Shown one piece after another: positions 27,114-31,027 of a DNA stretch of 31,027 nucleotides (position 1 is the stretch's first letter; the number at the start of each line of letters is the position of its first letter). The notes under the pieces are model-generated. The model saw only the letters and a list, made by a program, of their open reading frames with translations. It had not been told where the DNA came from and did no database searches. The DNA comes from a virus. Its lineage: Duplodnaviria; Caudoviricetes. The stretch spans positions 1 through 31,027 of the IMG/VR virus record IMGVR_UViG_3300035214_000246; one strand, written 5' to 3'. A program made the translations under genes and the position numbers.

Positions 27114-27578
27114 ATGTCGGACGAAGAAGCAAAAAAAGTTGAAGAACCTAAAGTTGAAGAAAAACCAGCTGAAATTAAAGCTGAAGAAACATCTAAAAAA
27201 ATTACAAGAAATTTAGATGCTATAGTTGAAGAGTTAGGACAATTAACAGTAATGGAAGCGGCTGATCTTGCCAAGAAATTAGCTAAAGCTTGGGATCTTG
27301 ATTTAGACGCTCTTACATCTGCTCCAACGGCACAGGCAGGAGCGACTGCTCCAGCTGAAGAAAGTGCAACAGTAACAATAGTTTTAAAAGAATTTAAAGA
27401 AGGTGCTAAAATTAATGTACTTAAAGCTGTTAAAGTAATTTTAGGAATAGGGTTAATGGAATCCAAAAATTTTATCGAGGATTTACCTAAAGAAATAAAC
27501 CAAGAAGTTCCAAGAGATAAAGCTGAAAAAATTAAAAAACAATTAGAAGATGCTGGTGGAACTGTAGAATTCAAATAA
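27114..27578 (+). CDS. rplL: ribosomal protein bL12 (L7/L12) with an E/K-rich N-terminal extension
   Basis: [16 protein letters not shown], Ala-rich hinge, [14 protein letters not shown]..., [16 protein letters not shown]. Confidence 0.9.
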   Translation: MSDEEAKKVEEPKVEEKPAEIKAEETSKKITRNLDAIVEELGQLTVMEAADLAKKLAKAWDLDLDALTSAPTAQAGATAPAEESATVTIVLKEFKEGAKINVLKAVKVILGIGLMESKNFIEDLPKEINQEVPRDKAEKIKKQLEDAGGTVEFK

Positions 27579-29002
27579 TGTTAGATGAGTTACAAGTAGA
27601 TAAAGAATATAAAGAAGGTTTTACTACAGATGTTGAATCTTATACCCTTCCTGCAGGACTTAATGAAGATGTTATTAAAAAAATTTCAAGTTTTAAAAAA
27701 GAACCACAATGGCTTTTAGACTGGAGATTAGAAGCATATAAAATTTGGTTGAATATGAAACAACCTGCTTGGGCAGAACTTAATATTAATCCTATTGATT
27801 ATCAAGCAATATCATATTATTCAGAACCTAAATCTAAATTAAAATCAATGGACGAAGTAGATCCTGAAATTATTAAAACATTTAATAAGTTAGGCATTCC
27901 TTTAAATGAACAAAAAGCATTAGCAGGTGTGGCCGTTGATGCTGTATTTGATAGTGTATCAGTTGCTACTACATATAAGAAAGATTTAGAAAAAAAAGGT
28001 ATATTGTTTTGTAGCTTTGGAGAAGCAGTACAAAAATATCCTGATATAGTTAAAAAATATTTAGGTAGTGTAGTACCAAAAAGTGATAATTATTTTGCTT
28101 GTTTAAATTCAGCAGTATTTACAGATGGTTCATTTGCTTATATTCCAAAAGGAGTTAGATGTCCAATGGAGTTGTCTACATATTTTAGAATTAATGCGGC
28201 CAACACAGGACAATTTGAAAGAACGTTAATTATATGTGAAGATGATGCATACGTATCTTATTTAGAAGGTTGTACTGCACCAATGAGAGATGAAAATCAA
28301 TTACACGCCGCAGTTGTCGAATTAGTAGCAAAAGAAAATTCTCAAATAAAGTATTCAACAATACAAAATTGGTACCCAGGTGATGAAAATGGAAAAGGCG
28401 GCATATACAATTTTGTAACTAAACGAGGAAAATGTCAAGGACGTAAAAGTAAAATATCTTGGACACAATTAGAAACAGGGTCGGCAATTACTTGGAAATA
28501 CCCTTCTTGTGTATTAATGGGAGATGAATCGGTAGGTGAATTTTATTCTGTAGCAGTAACAACTGGAAAGCAACAAGCAGATACTGGTACTAAAATGATT
28601 CATTTAGGAAAGAATACAAAATCAACAATTATATCAAAAGGTATTTCTGCAAAACAAGGAAAACAAACTTATAGAGGTTTAGTATCAATGGGTAGTAATA
28701 CTGAAAAGTCAAAGAATTTTACACAATGTGATTCACTACTTATTGGTAATGAGTGTTCAGCACTTACTATACCTTATATTAAATGTAAAACAAAGTCTTC
28801 TAAATGTGAACACGAAGCTACAACGTCAAAAGTTTCAGATGAACAATTATTTTATTTGAGATCAAGAGGACTTAAAGAAGAAGATGCTGTAAATCTAATT
28901 GTAAATGGATTTGTCAAAGATGTAACTAAACAGTTACCTATGGAATTTGCCGTTGAAGCTAATAAGCTTTTAACAGTAACATTAGAAGGAGCAGTAGGAT
29001 AA
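27578..29002 (+). CDS. sufB: Fe-S cluster scaffold protein SufB
   Basis: [43 protein letters not shown]. Confidence 0.97.
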   Translation: MLDELQVDKEYKEGFTTDVESYTLPAGLNEDVIKKISSFKKEPQWLLDWRLEAYKIWLNMKQPAWAELNINPIDYQAISYYSEPKSKLKSMDEVDPEIIKTFNKLGIPLNEQKALAGVAVDAVFDSVSVATTYKKDLEKKGILFCSFGEAVQKYPDIVKKYLGSVVPKSDNYFACLNSAVFTDGSFAYIPKGVRCPMELSTYFRINAANTGQFERTLIICEDDAYVSYLEGCTAPMRDENQLHAAVVELVAKENSQIKYSTIQNWYPGDENGKGGIYNFVTKRGKCQGRKSKISWTQLETGSAITWKYPSCVLMGDESVGEFYSVAVTTGKQQADTGTKMIHLGKNTKSTIISKGISAKQGKQTYRGLVSMGSNTEKSKNFTQCDSLLIGNECSALTIPYIKCKTKSSKCEHEATTSKVSDEQLFYLRSRGLKEEDAVNLIVNGFVKDVTKQLPMEFAVEANKLLTVTLEGAVG

Positions 29003-29223
29003 TGATTGATAATTTAGATTTAAGAACTTTACAAAAAGAATCTGCACGGGCATTAATAGTAATGCAAAATGCTGATAATTTATCATTAGCAGAAATTAAT
29101 CATAAAGTAGATCACGATTCAACTATATTTTATAAAAAAGTTTTAGAAAAATACATAGAATTATTTGGAGACTTACCAAGTCATACAGAACAAGGAAAAC
29201 AAGTAAAGTTAATAATGGAGTAA
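29002..29223 (+). CDS. hypothetical protein
   Basis: 73-aa ORF with TAATG coupling. Confidence 0.6.
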   Translation: MIDNLDLRTLQKESARALIVMQNADNLSLAEINHKVDHDSTIFYKKVLEKYIELFGDLPSHTEQGKQVKLIME

Positions 29224-29225
29224 TT

Positions 29226-30623
29226 ATGATAACTCAAATGGAAAAATATCAATATGAAGAAATAATAAAGACTTCTCAAAAAGCACAAAAAGAATGGGCT
29301 AAAGTTCCAGCACCATTAAGAGGAGAATTAATTAGAGTATTTGGAAATGCATTAAGAGAAAATTTACTTTCTTTAGGTAAAGATGTAACTAAAGAGAGTA
29401 AGAAAATATTAGTTGAAGGAATAGGTGAGGTGCAAGAAGTTATTGATATGTGTGATTTTAGTGTTGGTCTTTCAAGACAACTTTATGGACTTACAATGCC
29501 TTCGGAAAGAATAGATCATCGTTTACAAGAAATATGGAATCCATTAGGTGTAATAGGTGTTATTACTGCTTTTAATTTTCCAGTAGCTCCTTGGGGTTGG
29601 AATTTTTGTTTAGCAATAGTTTGTGGTAATAGTGTTATTTGGAAGCCATCACCTAAAACATTAAAGGTTGCTTATAAATGTAAAGAGATATGGAATAAAT
29701 GTTGCCAAAAATTATGTAAGTCAACTGGTTTCGAAATGAACCTTTTAGAAATTATTGATGGTTACAATGAACCTGCTGAATGGATGGCCGATGATCCTAA
29801 TATAAAATTATTAAGTGCTACAGGCTCAACTGCTATGGGTAAAGCATTAGCACCAAGAGTTTCAGCAAGATTAGGAAAAGCTTTATATGAATTAGGCGGC
29901 AACAATGCAATGATTGTATCTAATAAAGCTAATTTAGATTTATCTATAAGAGCTATTGTATTCAGTGCTGTTGGAACGTGTGGGCAAAGATGTACAACAT
30001 TACGAAGATTAATTGTACACGAAGATATATATGATGAATTATTAGAAAAATTAAAAAAGTCTTATATAAGTTTGCCAGTTGGTAATCCAATTAAAAGAGA
30101 AAATTTAGTAGGTCCATTAATTAATAAAGAAGCATTAGATAAAATGCAAAATGTTTTAGCACAATGTAAAGAAAAAGGATATAAAATTTATGGTGGAGCA
30201 CCATTAACTGAATTAGGTGATTCATATGTAAGACCTGCTATTGTAGAAGTTAATGCACAATGTGAGTTAGTAAAACAAGAAACATTTGCACCTATATTAT
30301 ATGTAATGAAATATAGTTCGTTAGATGATGCAATTGAAATTCATAATGACGTTGAACAAGGATTAAGTTCGTGTATTTTTACTGATAATTTACAAGAAGC
30401 AGAAAGGTTTATTTCTGCACAAGGATCTGATTGTGGAATTGTAAATGTTAATATTGGACCATCTGGTGCAGAAATTGGTGGAGCATTTGGTGGAGAAAAA
30501 GATACAGGTGGCGGAAGAGAATCAGGATCTGATGCTTGGAAACAATATATGAAACGTTCAACAGTTACAATTAATTATGGAAAGACATTACCTTTAGCTC
30601 AAGGAATAACCTTTGATGCCTAA
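29226..30623 (+). CDS. aldehyde dehydrogenase, ALDH7 (alpha-aminoadipate semialdehyde/P6C dehydrogenase-like)
   Basis: ITAFNFPVA, SATGST, ELGGNNA, GQRCTT, ETFAPILY, GRESGSDAWKQYM. Confidence 0.9.
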   Translation: MITQMEKYQYEEIIKTSQKAQKEWAKVPAPLRGELIRVFGNALRENLLSLGKDVTKESKKILVEGIGEVQEVIDMCDFSVGLSRQLYGLTMPSERIDHRLQEIWNPLGVIGVITAFNFPVAPWGWNFCLAIVCGNSVIWKPSPKTLKVAYKCKEIWNKCCQKLCKSTGFEMNLLEIIDGYNEPAEWMADDPNIKLLSATGSTAMGKALAPRVSARLGKALYELGGNNAMIVSNKANLDLSIRAIVFSAVGTCGQRCTTLRRLIVHEDIYDELLEKLKKSYISLPVGNPIKRENLVGPLINKEALDKMQNVLAQCKEKGYKIYGGAPLTELGDSYVRPAIVEVNAQCELVKQETFAPILYVMKYSSLDDAIEIHNDVEQGLSSCIFTDNLQEAERFISAQGSDCGIVNVNIGPSGAEIGGAFGGEKDTGGGRESGSDAWKQYMKRSTVTINYGKTLPLAQGITFDA

Positions 30624-31027
30624 AGGGTTTTATAAAGATCCTAACATTTCTTTTGATATTAAAAAATTACAAGAAGCAGTTAAAGAAGTTGATTCAAGAG
30701 TAGCCAGACAATCCCCATTAGGTGAAAGAGATATTAATGCAATTTGTTTAACACAAGTTCCAGGAGATCCAAATTCTATAACAGGTGGAAATGTTAGAGG
30801 ATTATTTTGGACAACACCCGATAGTACATATAAAGAAGTTCAAAGAGAAGAACCTATTAACGAAGAACAATATTCTGAATTTGTAAAATTATTTGAAGAT
30901 ACCTATTTTAAAGAAGTATATGATACATTACTAACCAAATATAAATTGGGTAGAATTAGATTACTATGGAAAATGCCAAGAACAACATTAAGTTGGCATA
31001 GAGATCCAGAACCAAGAATACATATTC
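30616..31027 (+). CDS. partial 2OG-Fe(II) oxygenase/Asp-Asn beta-hydroxylase-like protein, truncated by the window end
   Basis: MPKGFYKDP...GRIRLL...TLSWHRDPEPRIHI with HxD motif; open to the end of the window. Confidence 0.6.
   Translation, partial: MPKGFYKDPNISFDIKKLQEAVKEVDSRVARQSPLGERDINAICLTQVPGDPNSITGGNVRGLFWTTPDSTYKEVQREEPINEEQYSEFVKLFEDTYFKEVYDTLLTKYKLGRIRLLWKMPRTTLSWHRDPEPRIHI

Noticed and set aside
1906-27574. All minus-strand ORFs in the track (e.g. 3188-3610, 14661-15014, 27083-27574)
   Set aside because: They are antisense shadows of well-supported + strand genes, with no recognisable motifs.
1-31027. Interpretation as a bacterial (SAR11-like) chromosome segment
   Set aside because: Housekeeping genes lack their operon partners and are mixed with PAAR, tail-type and T4-late-promoter features on a single strand.
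1-31027. CRISPR array, introns/inteins in nrdA/nrdB, or stop-codon recoding
   Set aside because: No regularly spaced repeats seen; nrdA/nrdB are normal length and uninterrupted; genes are full length under code 11 with TAA, TAG and TGA all used as stops.

Overview
AT-rich window (roughly 30% GC by eye) with every credible gene on the + strand. It reads best as part of a large T4-like (jumbo) phage genome rather than a cell chromosome. It has a PAAR spike gene, a tail-type protein, T4-type late promoter motifs (TAAATA) and class Ia RNR. Host-type genes appear without their usual operon partners in this window: clpX without clpP, infC without rpmI/rplT, rplL without rplJ/rpoB, sufB without sufC/D. 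The permuted two-piece tmRNA with a GGCAGUA T-loop points to an alphaproteobacterial host, possibly SAR11-like (inference). The most striking element is a ~162-nt RNase P RNA at 17554-17715. It keeps P1-P6, P15 and P16, lacks the whole specificity domain, and sits 7 nt upstream of tRNA-Ser. It is accompanied by a translation and ribosome-rescue toolkit: tmRNA (tag ADENLALAA), an Smr nuclease, ClpX, IF3, bS21, bL12, a catalytic-domain-only class II aaRS and 3 tRNAs. Other observations are a candidate preQ1-like pseudoknot before queD, a probable -1 frameshift upstream of clpX, apparently leaderless late transcripts, an Fe-S (Suf) module, and apparent avoidance of CATG and GCWGC. All calls come from reading the sequence; no searches were run.
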